Below are positions 27,621 to 36,603 of a DNA stretch of 64,000 nucleotides, in pieces. The notes beneath the pieces were generated by a model. The model searched no databases. It was given only the letters and a program-made list of their open reading frames with translations, and was not told the origin of the DNA. Positions within the stretch are counted from its first letter, which is position 1; every line of letters begins with the position of its first letter. This DNA is from Nitrospirota bacterium (GTDB taxonomy: Bacteria; Nitrospirota; Thermodesulfovibrionia; UBA6902), in the NCBI GenBank assembly GCA_039715075.1, contig JBDLIC010000003.1, forward strand, positions 7 through 64,006, read 5' to 3'. Made by a program: the position numbers and the translations under genes.

Positions 27621-28640
27621 ATGGCTAATAAAGCAACAAACAAAAAACAGAAGAGCCTGGAAGAGACCCTTTGGGATTCTGCTAACAAGCTGCGTGGAAG
27701 CGTTGAACCATCAGAATACAAGCATGTGGTTCTGAGTCTTATCTTTCTGAAGTTTGCCAGTGAAAAATTTGAGCACCGGCGACAGGAACTGACTGATGAG
27801 GGGAAAGAGAAGTATCTCGATATGGTGGAATTTTACACTATGAAGAACGTTTTCTATCTTCCGGAGGAATCCCGCTGGGGCTATATCAAGAAGCACGCGA
27901 AGCAGGATGATATTGCCATCAAGATTGATACGGCTCTTCATACGGCTGAAAAGACGAACAAAGCTCTGGAAGGTGCATTACCGGACAACTATTTTTCCCG
28001 CTTGAACCTTGATGTCAGTAAACTGGCCGCATTGATAGATACAGATAAGAGTAAAGAAATCGATATTTTTAATGATGACTATCTTGCAAAGATAGAAAAG
28101 ATCAAACTGCCCAATACGAAAATTAAGCTCTTGCAGTATTTGCTGTCTAAAGCTATTGATGAATTTAAGAAGATCAATAAAATCAAAGGAATTGACTTTA
28201 CAAAAAAGTTTAATGCTTTAGTTGAGCAATACAATGACAGGAAAGAGCAGGATGTTTTGGTCAGTAATGTGCTTGAAGATTTCACAGGAGAAATTATTGA
28301 TCTATTTCATGCCATGAAGAAAGAGAAGGAATCTTTTGGTGATATGGGGATCGATCTTGAAGAGAAGGCTTTTTATGACATCCTCAAAGCACTGACTATT
28401 AAGTATGATTTTGAATACCCCGAGGACAAACTACTGAAATTGGCAAAGGGAGTAAAAAAGGTTGTTGACGATAAAGCGAAATATACAGACTGGAGCCATC
28501 GCGATGACATTAAAGCTGAACTAAAGGCGGATCTGATCATCCTTTTGGCAGAGAATGGCTACCCTCCCGTAGACCGGGATGAAGTGTATAAAGAAATCTT
28601 TGAGCAGGCTGAGAATTTTAAGAAGTATCAGGGAAAATAA
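27621..28640 (+). pseudogene. In-frame chimera of HsdM N-terminal domain and HsdR C-terminal domain (type I R-M remnant)
   Basis: N-terminal ~140 aa look like HsdM_N (LEETLWDSANKLRGSVEPSEYKHVVLSLIFLKF); the rest resembles the HsdR C-terminal helical domain (LVEQYNDRKEQ...EEKAFYDIL); no methylase, S or helicase/nuclease sequence. Confidence 0.6.
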
Positions 28641-28718
28641 TGGGTGGTATCATTACCTGTTCTCCTCAATATTTGATGTGTTTCCCATTTTTAGGTAAAA
28701 TTTTCTTAGAGATCCTAT

Positions 28719-28931
28719 ATGAAAAGACAATTACTATATTTAGCGCTTATTTGTGTTGTCCCGGCAATACTGTATTTCCTATCACTGGAGAAGGTCATTC
28801 CAATGCCTGCTGATGATGCTCATGCAAACCTTACGGAAATCGCCCAGTGTTTCGAGTGTCACGGCGAAGGCATGGAATATGCCCGCAAAAAAGAGCATCC
28901 ACCAAAAGACCAGTGCTTTAAGTGTCATTAA
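28719..28931 (+). CDS. Small membrane-anchored diheme c-type cytochrome
   Basis: N-terminal TM helix; two CxxCH motifs (CFECH, CFKCH). Confidence 0.65.
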   Translation: MKRQLLYLALICVVPAILYFLSLEKVIPMPADDAHANLTEIAQCFECHGEGMEYARKKEHPPKDQCFKCH

Positions 28932-28990
28932 AAATGCGGTAGTCAAAAATTGTGTTTACAATATTTGTAAAGAGAACTATTGACTAATTA

Positions 28991-29033
28991 ATTTTCATTA
29001 AATATGGGGCTCTGCCCCATATTTAATGAAAAT
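28991..29033. repeat. Perfect 20-bp-stem palindrome
   Basis: attttcattaaatatggggc-tct-gccccatatttaatgaaaat. Confidence 0.95.
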
Positions 29034-29119
29034 CTATCAATTACTTAAATATATAGACAGCACCTCTAAACAGGTGCTATAATAAAACCAATTAACAATA
29101 CCAGTAAGGAGGTTCGAAT

Positions 29120-29425
29120 ATGGGAACTAAATTTTCCGAAGATATAATCCCGCTAGGTGACCTAAAGGTGAATCCCGGTAAAGTTGTTTCTCATGTGAAT
29201 GAGACGCACAGGCCGGTACTGCTGACCAGCAGAGGACGGGGGGTGGCTGTAGTACAATCACTTAGCGACTATGAGGATGAGACTGAGAAGCGTGTTTTTA
29301 TGCAGGATATAGTAGAGGGATTAATGGACCTTGAAGAAGGCAGGGAACTTTCACTGAAGGATGTAAAGAAGCGTCTGCGTATTGTCCGCATCTGGAGAAG
29401 CGAAAGACATCTGAAAAAGCCATGA
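29120..29425 (+). CDS. Phd/YefM-family antitoxin (orphan)
   Basis: GGAGG RBS; LGDLKVNPGKVVSHVNETHRPVLLTSRGRGVAVVQSLSDYE; no intact toxin gene downstream. Confidence 0.7.
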   Translation: MGTKFSEDIIPLGDLKVNPGKVVSHVNETHRPVLLTSRGRGVAVVQSLSDYEDETEKRVFMQDIVEGLMDLEEGRELSLKDVKKRLRIVRIWRSERHLKKP

Positions 29426-29489
29426 CTCCTGCTTCTGTAAGCTTCCCCCTTAAGTCGATAGTTCTAAATTAGATTTCCCGGGAGATTGT

Positions 29490-29783
29490 CTATTGATCCT
29501 TTTTTGTACGATTTGGAATCACAAAAAGTATTATCAGTCCAATGAAACTTAATAAACCCAATAAAGCAAAAGAATCGTGATAGCCTTTTCCTGTTGCCAT
29601 GTGATAACAACCGAAAAAGAAAATAACAACCCCCACAATATATGTCGCCGTAGAAATGTATTCGTAATTTCCCCCCAGCTGAAAAAGAATATCAAAAAAG
29701 TACCCCATAAAAGCTACAAGAAAACCAATGCCTGCAAGCTGAGTCCCTTGTTTATATTTCTTATTCACAATCTCCACTTTCAA
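29490..29783 (-). CDS. Small membrane protein (3 TM)
   Basis: Hydrophobic helices; AT-rich; downstream of the transglutaminase-like gene. Confidence 0.5.
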   Translation of the reverse strand: MKVEIVNKKYKQGTQLAGIGFLVAFMGYFFDILFQLGGNYEYISTATYIVGVVIFFFGCYHMATGKGYHDSFALLGLLSFIGLIILFVIPNRTKKDQ

Positions 29784-29849
29784 ACGTCAGCTTTCATATT
29801 TAATCTTAATCTCTCCAAACTTGTTTTTATATTCGATGAAGGTGCTGCT

Positions 29850-30224
29850 CTATTCTCTACTTTTTCTTACAGGTATAATACCCTTTTTTAGCAACTTACA
29901 AAGTATGGGAACTTCCAAACCACTTATTAAAAAGGAATCCCCAAAGGTAGCCATATGCCAATAAAATAAATTCTCATTTGTCTTGGTCATTTTTAATAAC
30001 AAAGTATCTAGAACGATGTTTGGGTCATACTGAATAGCTGTAAATCCTTCGTGATAAGCAAGGTAACAATTTATTGCGACACTGGTTAAAACAAAAATCA
30101 TCCCGATAATTGTAATTATAAATGTCCAGAGTATGGATTTTTTGCAAATAGTTGTACGACAATCAAGGATACAAATAGTCCAGATGAAGAGATATCCCCA
30201 AAAAACAATTTGATATTTATTCAT
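29850..30224 (-). CDS. Small membrane protein (about 4 TM)
   Basis: Hydrophobic helices; starts 9 nt after the stop of the 1055-aa gene. Confidence 0.5.
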   Translation of the reverse strand: MNKYQIVFWGYLFIWTICILDCRTTICKKSILWTFIITIIGMIFVLTSVAINCYLAYHEGFTAIQYDPNIVLDTLLLKMTKTNENLFYWHMATFGDSFLISGLEVPILCKLLKKGIIPVRKSRE

Positions 30225-30232
30225 AGTTAGTG

Positions 30233-33200
30233 CTAATTATTACCGTACAATACAGAGTTAACACATTGTCCAAAGTTATGGATACTTAAGCCCATTAAAG
30301 CACCATTAATAATATTACCCAGTATTTTAACAATATTTGATTTCAGAAATTTGCTCATATAGTCAAATGATACTTTGGCAGCAACTTCAGTAACTTTTAT
30401 TCCATAGAAGCAGTTCACAAAATCAGACCCTACTTTTCCCCCATAGAGATACATTATTGATAAAATAACAGTAGCAAAAAAAGCTGCTAACAAAGCTGCT
30501 AAGATGGGTAGCAAAAGTGGAGCAGCAACTGTCGCTCCAGTCAATAATAGTGTTAAGAATAGAAAAAAACCTGCCAGAAGTAACAATAGTGTACCTATTA
30601 TCATCATAGCACCTGCTAATCTCCCACTAATCATATAAGCCCCAGCCCCTGTAAGCGGATCAATGATTATATAGCCCAATCCTGTCCAGCCGTTGTGTGT
30701 GATATCGGTTCTCGATACAGTCACTGTTTTGCCTGCATTCACCGCATTCTGTATATCAGCTATCGTTCCGCTATCTGTTTGTAACTGTGGAAGGATTGTA
30801 TCAATATTGGTTTGATTAATTGTATAAATAGGTATCCCCTGATCATTAGCAATCTTTAAGGCCTTAACTGCACTTATTCCCTCAGCCGGATTCTCAGGCG
30901 TCGAAAACAACTGTTCAGGCACCGAATGCTCCAGAGCCGATCCACTCATACCTGATGAAAGCATAAACTGCTTCGGCTTTTCTTTATCAGCATCCAATGC
31001 TTTAACAAGTGTCATAATCCTGTCCGCATCCATTGCCAGTCCGCCGGGGCTAACCGACAATGGCATATTCATAAACTTGTTTACACTCAGTTCATACGAA
31101 AAGATTGTCTCAGAGGGCAATCTCATCGCTTTGACTCCCATAGTCTGTGCACTTATATAGTCCATCACATCATGCTCTGCAAAATATGATATAGCAGTTG
31201 TGTACAGCAGGTCCCCAAGGATATCATCTTTTGTCATATCTGAGAAATCCTCTGCTTCCAGCTTTGCTTTAGTTGCCTCCAAATTTGCTTTAACCGCCAG
31301 CATCTGCTCTTCCGATATCCTGTATGGATCAATTCCAATACCCAGGTATTCCCCTGCTTGTATATCATTGAATATTATATCGGCACCTGCAGCAGGATCC
31401 ATAAACGTCATCTTGAATTCCTCTGTTGCTCCCAGACCAATTTCTGTCCCTGTTGCTACTACTTCCCCATCGATCATTAACTCAGGTTTAAGATTTATCA
31501 GATAAGCAGCCAATGATGTCGGCAGTTCAGTTGGATCAATGGGTGTCCCGTCTTCATGTGGCTCTGGAAGATAGGAATTGATGACAGCTTCATCATCAGG
31601 CGTTGCAGGTGAATAGCTTAATGTCACCTTCTTCCCAGCCAGCTCCGGCAGACTCTTTGTTATGTTTATCGGAGTACCCATTAAATCATCATGTATATCT
31701 TTTTTAACTTCAAACGTTATCTTATGTCTCAGACTATCCGGAACTTCAGCATGCTCTGCCCCATTTACTATTGTCCTGTACGGAAGGGTCCCAAGTAAAT
31801 AGGGAAATTCCTGAGGGATTATTTCTTTCTTCCCCAGCACGTCCCCGACCGTTGCATCCGGATAGTTCGTGTTTATATAATCTTCGACCTGAGTCTGATA
31901 ATCCGTCATTGTATTATCTATAAATAAAGAATCAACATCAGTTACATAGCCTTCTTCTTCGTTAATGGTAGCAGAGGCCTGTATCTGGTTTATGAATGTC
32001 TGTGCATCAAAGGGCACTGCTGACTGTATATCTACCCCCTGCATGTAATTGTACTGCTTGAAACTTGCATCAAGATGTATCCACGTATCTCCCTGTCCTG
32101 TCTGGTGGGTTGATCCTCTGTACGGGAAATAATCTATCCATGCCTCAACCCAGACATGCTCAATCCTCGCATATTTAACCTCTCCGCCAGCCAGTATGCC
32201 TGATACCGGTATTCCTGCTGACGCAAGCAGGTTTAGTGCCTCCATTTTGTCCGTAAACCCACCAAGCCAGTTCATTACTTTCTCTATCGGTATTTCAACT
32301 GTTCCTTCTACATATCTTGCATGAATACCTGATATACGGAGAAGTGCTATCAAAAGACTGGCTGTATCAATGGCGTTGCACTGTTTTGTCTGAAGACAAT
32401 AGTCAGCTCCCTGTATTGATCCATATGTCGGAACAAAATCAATATTATTACGGACCCATTCGTAGATTTTTAGCGGATCATTTTCGAGCTCTGCTGCTTT
32501 TGCTGTTATTGCATCCGTAAATTGTACTTCTATCGTCTCTTCCAGATCCTCAGATACAGGCGGGGCAGATTTTGCTATGAGAAAAACCGGAAGTTCAAAA
32601 GCAGGGAAGCCAGGATGATCAGAATCCCACCACTCTGTTCCATCAAAACCCTCAAGCTCCCCTGCTTTCTCCCTTCCTTCTGCCCCCATGTCCCCTGCTG
32701 GGTACTCTGACCCTGAAGGCAATATTCCTGCCAATGACCCATGTGACGCAATAAGAATCATCTTTTGTCTTTTGCTTATGACCTCTGCCCTTCGCTCTAT
32801 GCCAAATTCTTCTTTCTTTATACGAGGCTCCTTAAAAACCGGCTCTGCTGTCCTGTGTGGAAGTTTATTCGGGTCTACCGGCTTATATTTTTTCGGAGGG
32901 TTAAGTTTCTCAATATGCTTCTTCGCATTTTCAAGTGCAAAAATTTCACTTTCTACGGTCCGTGCCTGCCCTATGGCATTAAGTTTACTTTTTAGCTCTT
33001 CAAGATTTTCTTCATATTGATTTACAAAGTCATAATGCCTCTTTAATATCTTCTGAGGCAATCCTGCGTTCTTTAATCTCTGTTCCGTCTCTTTAAATTT
33101 CCCTCTTATTTCTTTATCAAATACTGCTATCTCTGCCATTTTCTCCTGCAATTTATCATTTTTGGCACACGCATTTGAAACGGGATCATCCAGAATCTGC

Positions 33201-33400
33201 TCCATTTCTTTTAATTGCTTCTGAAGTTTTTCTTCAGGCTGCCGTTCTTTCCTCTTTCGCTTATTGCTGACCGCTGACAACTGATCGCTGTCTTTAATTG
33301 CATACGCAACATCCATTAGCCCGCCAAACGTCCATGAAAAAAATAACAGTACTACACACGAAACAATCCTTACAGCATATAAATGCCTCATTTCAGCCAT
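30233..33400 (-). CDS. Large transglutaminase-like (Cys-protease fold) protein with N-terminal coiled coil and C-terminal TM bundle
   Basis: Core QCNAIDTASLLIALLRISGIHARYVEG ... HVWVEAWID; N-terminal signal/anchor; Lys/Glu-rich coiled coil; C-terminal hydrophobic block. Confidence 0.7.
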   Translation of the reverse strand: MAEMRHLYAVRIVSCVVLLFFSWTFGGLMDVAYAIKDSDQLSAVSNKRKRKERQPEEKLQKQLKEMEQILDDPVSNACAKNDKLQEKMAEIAVFDKEIRGKFKETEQRLKNAGLPQKILKRHYDFVNQYEENLEELKSKLNAIGQARTVESEIFALENAKKHIEKLNPPKKYKPVDPNKLPHRTAEPVFKEPRIKKEEFGIERRAEVISKRQKMILIASHGSLAGILPSGSEYPAGDMGAEGREKAGELEGFDGTEWWDSDHPGFPAFELPVFLIAKSAPPVSEDLEETIEVQFTDAITAKAAELENDPLKIYEWVRNNIDFVPTYGSIQGADYCLQTKQCNAIDTASLLIALLRISGIHARYVEGTVEIPIEKVMNWLGGFTDKMEALNLLASAGIPVSGILAGGEVKYARIEHVWVEAWIDYFPYRGSTHQTGQGDTWIHLDASFKQYNYMQGVDIQSAVPFDAQTFINQIQASATINEEEGYVTDVDSLFIDNTMTDYQTQVEDYINTNYPDATVGDVLGKKEIIPQEFPYLLGTLPYRTIVNGAEHAEVPDSLRHKITFEVKKDIHDDLMGTPINITKSLPELAGKKVTLSYSPATPDDEAVINSYLPEPHEDGTPIDPTELPTSLAAYLINLKPELMIDGEVVATGTEIGLGATEEFKMTFMDPAAGADIIFNDIQAGEYLGIGIDPYRISEEQMLAVKANLEATKAKLEAEDFSDMTKDDILGDLLYTTAISYFAEHDVMDYISAQTMGVKAMRLPSETIFSYELSVNKFMNMPLSVSPGGLAMDADRIMTLVKALDADKEKPKQFMLSSGMSGSALEHSVPEQLFSTPENPAEGISAVKALKIANDQGIPIYTINQTNIDTILPQLQTDSGTIADIQNAVNAGKTVTVSRTDITHNGWTGLGYIIIDPLTGAGAYMISGRLAGAMMIIGTLLLLLAGFFLFLTLLLTGATVAAPLLLPILAALLAAFFATVILSIMYLYGGKVGSDFVNCFYGIKVTEVAAKVSFDYMSKFLKSNIVKILGNIINGALMGLSIHNFGQCVNSVLYGNN

Positions 33401-33605
33401 GTCCCCTTAACATGTTTTTTAGTTGTATTAGGCTGTACAAAACAGCTTGTTACGAATCATTAATTCTAGCACTTGATTCGTTTAAAAGAACCTGTCATTT
33501 CTTACAGGGGGGTAGGGTGGAAAATTAAAAGAACGGTTCGAACGATCCAATGTTCAAGCGTTCAACAGTATGCAGCGGATGGTACATACCGTGCCTTGCC
33601 TGTAA

Positions 33606-33625
33606 GGGTAATTCATGAATTACCC
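33606..33625. repeat. Perfect 20-bp palindrome gggtaattcatgaattaccc
   Basis: Same motif at 26034..26053 (one centre base differs); degenerate copy at 23041..23058. Confidence 0.9.
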
Positions 33626-33695
33626 CTACGTTTTCCCTGCCTACCGGCAGGCAGGTACTTCTCATGACGATTACCTAAGTTCGACAGTCTCTCAA

Positions 33696-33727
33696 AATAA
33701 CAACAAACAAAAAAGACCCGGATATAA
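33696..33727 (-). terminator. Rho-independent terminator of the rpsA-sppA-ihfB transcript
   Basis: cccgga-tataaa-tccggg stem followed by a T-run on the minus strand. Confidence 0.8.
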
Positions 33728-33793
33728 ATCCGGGCCTTTATTTTGGATATTAATTTTTATATGATATTTTTCCTTAAATCAAAGGAAACAGTT

Positions 33794-34078
33794 TCAGATG
33801 TTCTTGTTAACCATCTCGCGAAGCTCTTTCCCTACCTTGAAGTAAGGGACCTTCTTTGGAGGAACTTCTACGCTTTCACCTGTCTTGGGGTTTCTGGCCT
33901 TCCTGGCGTTCCTGCTGCGGAGACGAAAATTACCGAAGCCTCTTATTTCGACTTTGCCGCCCTTTGAAAGGGCTTCCTTAACACTCTCGAAGATCGTCTC
34001 GACTATTACTTCTGTCTGCTTCTTTGAGAGACCGTCAAGTTTCTCGGCAATTTTTTCAATAAGAACAGATTTTGTCAT
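33794..34078 (-). CDS. ihfB: Integration host factor beta / HU-family DNA-binding protein
   Basis: GFGNFRLRSRNARKARNPKTGESVEVPPKKVPYFK; located downstream of rpsA, as in E. coli. Confidence 0.85.
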   Translation of the reverse strand: MTKSVLIEKIAEKLDGLSKKQTEVIVETIFESVKEALSKGGKVEIRGFGNFRLRSRNARKARNPKTGESVEVPPKKVPYFKVGKELREMVNKNI

Positions 34079-34159
34079 GAATCCCTCCCTCGATGAATTA
34101 ATTTATAGTTTACTATTTCTTATCAATCGTTAGCTATTTTAAATAATACTATATTTTTC

Positions 34160-35008
34160 TCACGGCGTAAACAAATATTTTAACTGGATGCCGGAAAAGA
34201 CATTACCCAGCAGATTCTCAGGAATTTCCTGTTTGAGTATATCGAAGATGCTGAACTCGTCGTTTTTTTCAATTACTTGAGGTTCGCCTTCAATGCCTGT
34301 TAGTTTGCCTGCCAGCATAATGGCGTCCTGGAGGTTGCCTATTTCATCAACAAGCCCGACTTCTTTTGCCATTCTCCCTGTAAAAATACGTCCATCTGCG
34401 AGCTTTTTTATCTCTTCGAAGTCCATGCCCCTGGCTTCGGATACGTCTTCAATGAACTGATTGTGTACATCATCAAGGACTGTCTGGAGGATCTTTTTAT
34501 CTGCAGGCGCCAGGGTCTTGAAGACGGATGCCATGTCTTTGTGCTTGCCGCTTTTCACGACCTCTGTTTTAACGCCTATTTTTTCCATCAGGCCGGCAAC
34601 ATTCGGAATTTCCATTATGACGCCGATAGAGCCGGTCAGGGTCCCTGCATTTGCAACGATCTTGTCAGCAGGAGAGGCTATATAGTAACCTCCGGAGGCA
34701 GCCACAGAACCCATGGAGACGACAATTTTTTTCTTTCCCTTTAATTTTACTATTTCTTCGTAGATTTCCTGGGAAGGGGCCACTCCTCCGCCCGGGCTGT
34801 TGACCCTTAGAACAATGGCCTTAACGGACGAATTCCGGGAATGCTCTTTGATCTGCTCGATAACATCGGTGGAATCAATGATGACACCAGTGACGCGTAC
34901 TACAGCAACCTTTTCTCCCAGGGGGACTTTATCAGAAAAAGTCAGAACGAAACTGAGTGCGAGAATGACCAGAAAGACTATCGCAAAGAAAATCAGTACT
35001 TTTTTCAT
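34160..35008 (-). CDS. sppA: Signal peptide peptidase SppA (36K type)
   Basis: SPGGGV, ASGGYYIASPADKI, GSIGV motifs. Confidence 0.88.
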   Translation of the reverse strand: MKKVLIFFAIVFLVILALSFVLTFSDKVPLGEKVAVVRVTGVIIDSTDVIEQIKEHSRNSSVKAIVLRVNSPGGGVAPSQEIYEEIVKLKGKKKIVVSMGSVAASGGYYIASPADKIVANAGTLTGSIGVIMEIPNVAGLMEKIGVKTEVVKSGKHKDMASVFKTLAPADKKILQTVLDDVHNQFIEDVSEARGMDFEEIKKLADGRIFTGRMAKEVGLVDEIGNLQDAIMLAGKLTGIEGEPQVIEKNDEFSIFDILKQEIPENLLGNVFSGIQLKYLFTP

Positions 35009-35011
35009 TTC

Positions 35012-36589
35012 CTATCCGAACATTGTTTTCATGCTGAGGTCAAGCTTTCTTTCCGATGTATTGATGTTTATAACTCTGGAAGTCAGTTCAGCACCAATTT
35101 TGAAGAGGTCCTCTACGGTCTCATCGGGGTTTTTCTCAATCTCGGATTTATGTATCAATCCTTCTGCGCCGTCTTCAAATTCTACGAAAATGCCGAAATC
35201 AGCGACACTCACTATTTTTCCTGTAACAGTATCGCCGAGTTTGTATTTTTCCGGAATTTCGCTGATCCACGGGTCAGGGGTCAACTGTTTTATCCCGACC
35301 GAAATCCGTTCTTTTTCCGGTTCTACATTCAGGACGATAATTTCAGTTTCCTGTCCTTTATTAAGGACATCTGACGGGTGGTTCACACGTTTTCCCCAGG
35401 ACATATCAGAAATGTGCAGCAGGGCGTCAACGCCTTCATCAAGGGCAATAAAGGCCCCGAAATCAGCGAAGCTCTTTACTTTTCCTGTGATTTTTTGCCC
35501 GACTTCATATTTATCACCTACAGTTTCCCATGGGTTGGGTTTAAGCTGTTTAATGCTCAAAGATATCCTTTTGTCGTCTTTGTTGACTTTTAGAATAACT
35601 GCCTCAACACTGTCTCCTATTGAGAAGAATTTTGAGGGTTTTATGGATTTTTCAATCCAGTCGATCTCGGTAACATGAATGAGTCCCTCAACGCCTTCTT
35701 CGAGTTCAATGAAAAGTCCATAATCCGTAATTGTAATAATTTTGCCTACTACGGTTTTATTGGAGGGGTACTTTTCTTCAACTGTAGTCCACGGGTCCGG
35801 TTTTTTCTGCTTGTAGCCCAGAGTGACTTTATTGCTTTCCGTGTTAAATGTGAGGACAATTACTTCAACGGTATCCCCTATGCTGAAAAGTTCGCCGGGA
35901 TGACTTATTCTTCCCCAAGACATGTCCGATATGTGAAGCAGGCCGTCAATCCCCCCGAGATCAACAAATACACCGTAATCTGTGAGGTTCTTGATTTTTC
36001 CTTCAATAATTGCACCTTCGGTAAGTTTTGTGATTGTCTTTTCCCTGAGTTTGCTGCGTTCTTCTTCAAGCAGTGCGCGTCTGGATACAACTACGTTGGG
36101 GCTCTTATGGTTTACGTTCAGAACTTTGAATGAATATATCTGTCCAATAAGAGTGTCTGTATTTTTCGGCGCCTTAAGGTCAATCTGCGATCCTGGTAAA
36201 AAGGCCATTACACCATCTATATTTACCGTCATTCCGCCTTTGACTTTTCCTGTGATCTTGCCGTCAATAGTTAAGCCCTGCTTGAACACGTCTTCAATCG
36301 TGTCCCAGGCCTTAATGCCTTCAGCTTTTTGTCTTGAGAGTCCGACAAAGCCGTCAGAGTCAGTCAGTCTTTCAATGAAGACATCAACTTCATCCCCGGG
36401 CTTTAATTTGGTATGCTCATTATCCATGAGTTTGCGTACGGGTATAAACCCCTCGCTTTTTGATCCAACATCAACTATAATCCCGTCCTGCTTAACCTGT
36501 ATTACTGTGCCTTTGGTTACAGCGCCGGTTTTTAGTCCCCTGAAGGAATCAGCGTAAAATTTTTCCAGATCATTCATTTGAAGTTCCAT
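35012..36589 (-). CDS. rpsA: 30S ribosomal protein S1
   Basis: Six S1 repeats (e.g. GKV..ITDYGLFIEL..GVEGLIHVSE). Confidence 0.93.
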   Translation of the reverse strand: MELQMNDLEKFYADSFRGLKTGAVTKGTVIQVKQDGIIVDVGSKSEGFIPVRKLMDNEHTKLKPGDEVDVFIERLTDSDGFVGLSRQKAEGIKAWDTIEDVFKQGLTIDGKITGKVKGGMTVNIDGVMAFLPGSQIDLKAPKNTDTLIGQIYSFKVLNVNHKSPNVVVSRRALLEEERSKLREKTITKLTEGAIIEGKIKNLTDYGVFVDLGGIDGLLHISDMSWGRISHPGELFSIGDTVEVIVLTFNTESNKVTLGYKQKKPDPWTTVEEKYPSNKTVVGKIITITDYGLFIELEEGVEGLIHVTEIDWIEKSIKPSKFFSIGDSVEAVILKVNKDDKRISLSIKQLKPNPWETVGDKYEVGQKITGKVKSFADFGAFIALDEGVDALLHISDMSWGKRVNHPSDVLNKGQETEIIVLNVEPEKERISVGIKQLTPDPWISEIPEKYKLGDTVTGKIVSVADFGIFVEFEDGAEGLIHKSEIEKNPDETVEDLFKIGAELTSRVININTSERKLDLSMKTMFG

Positions 36590-36603
36590 GGTTATAAATT
36601 ATA

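Noticed and set aside
33530-33560. tRNA-like T-arm (ggttcgaacgatcc), with similar strings in the repeats
   Set aside because: No acceptor, D or anticodon arms can be built around them. No tRNA is called anywhere in the window.
34800-35678. 292-aa plus-strand ORF (with similar long ORFs at 35982..36557, 16167..16808, 12413..12871, 8116..8610, 39019..39576, 38041..38529, 23307..23681)
   Set aside because: All lie antisense to, or out of frame within, strongly supported genes (rpsA/sppA, ftsH, gatB, GH57, aroA, cmk, the C_GCAxxG gene). They have low-complexity Ser/Leu/Pro-rich composition typical of shadow ORFs.
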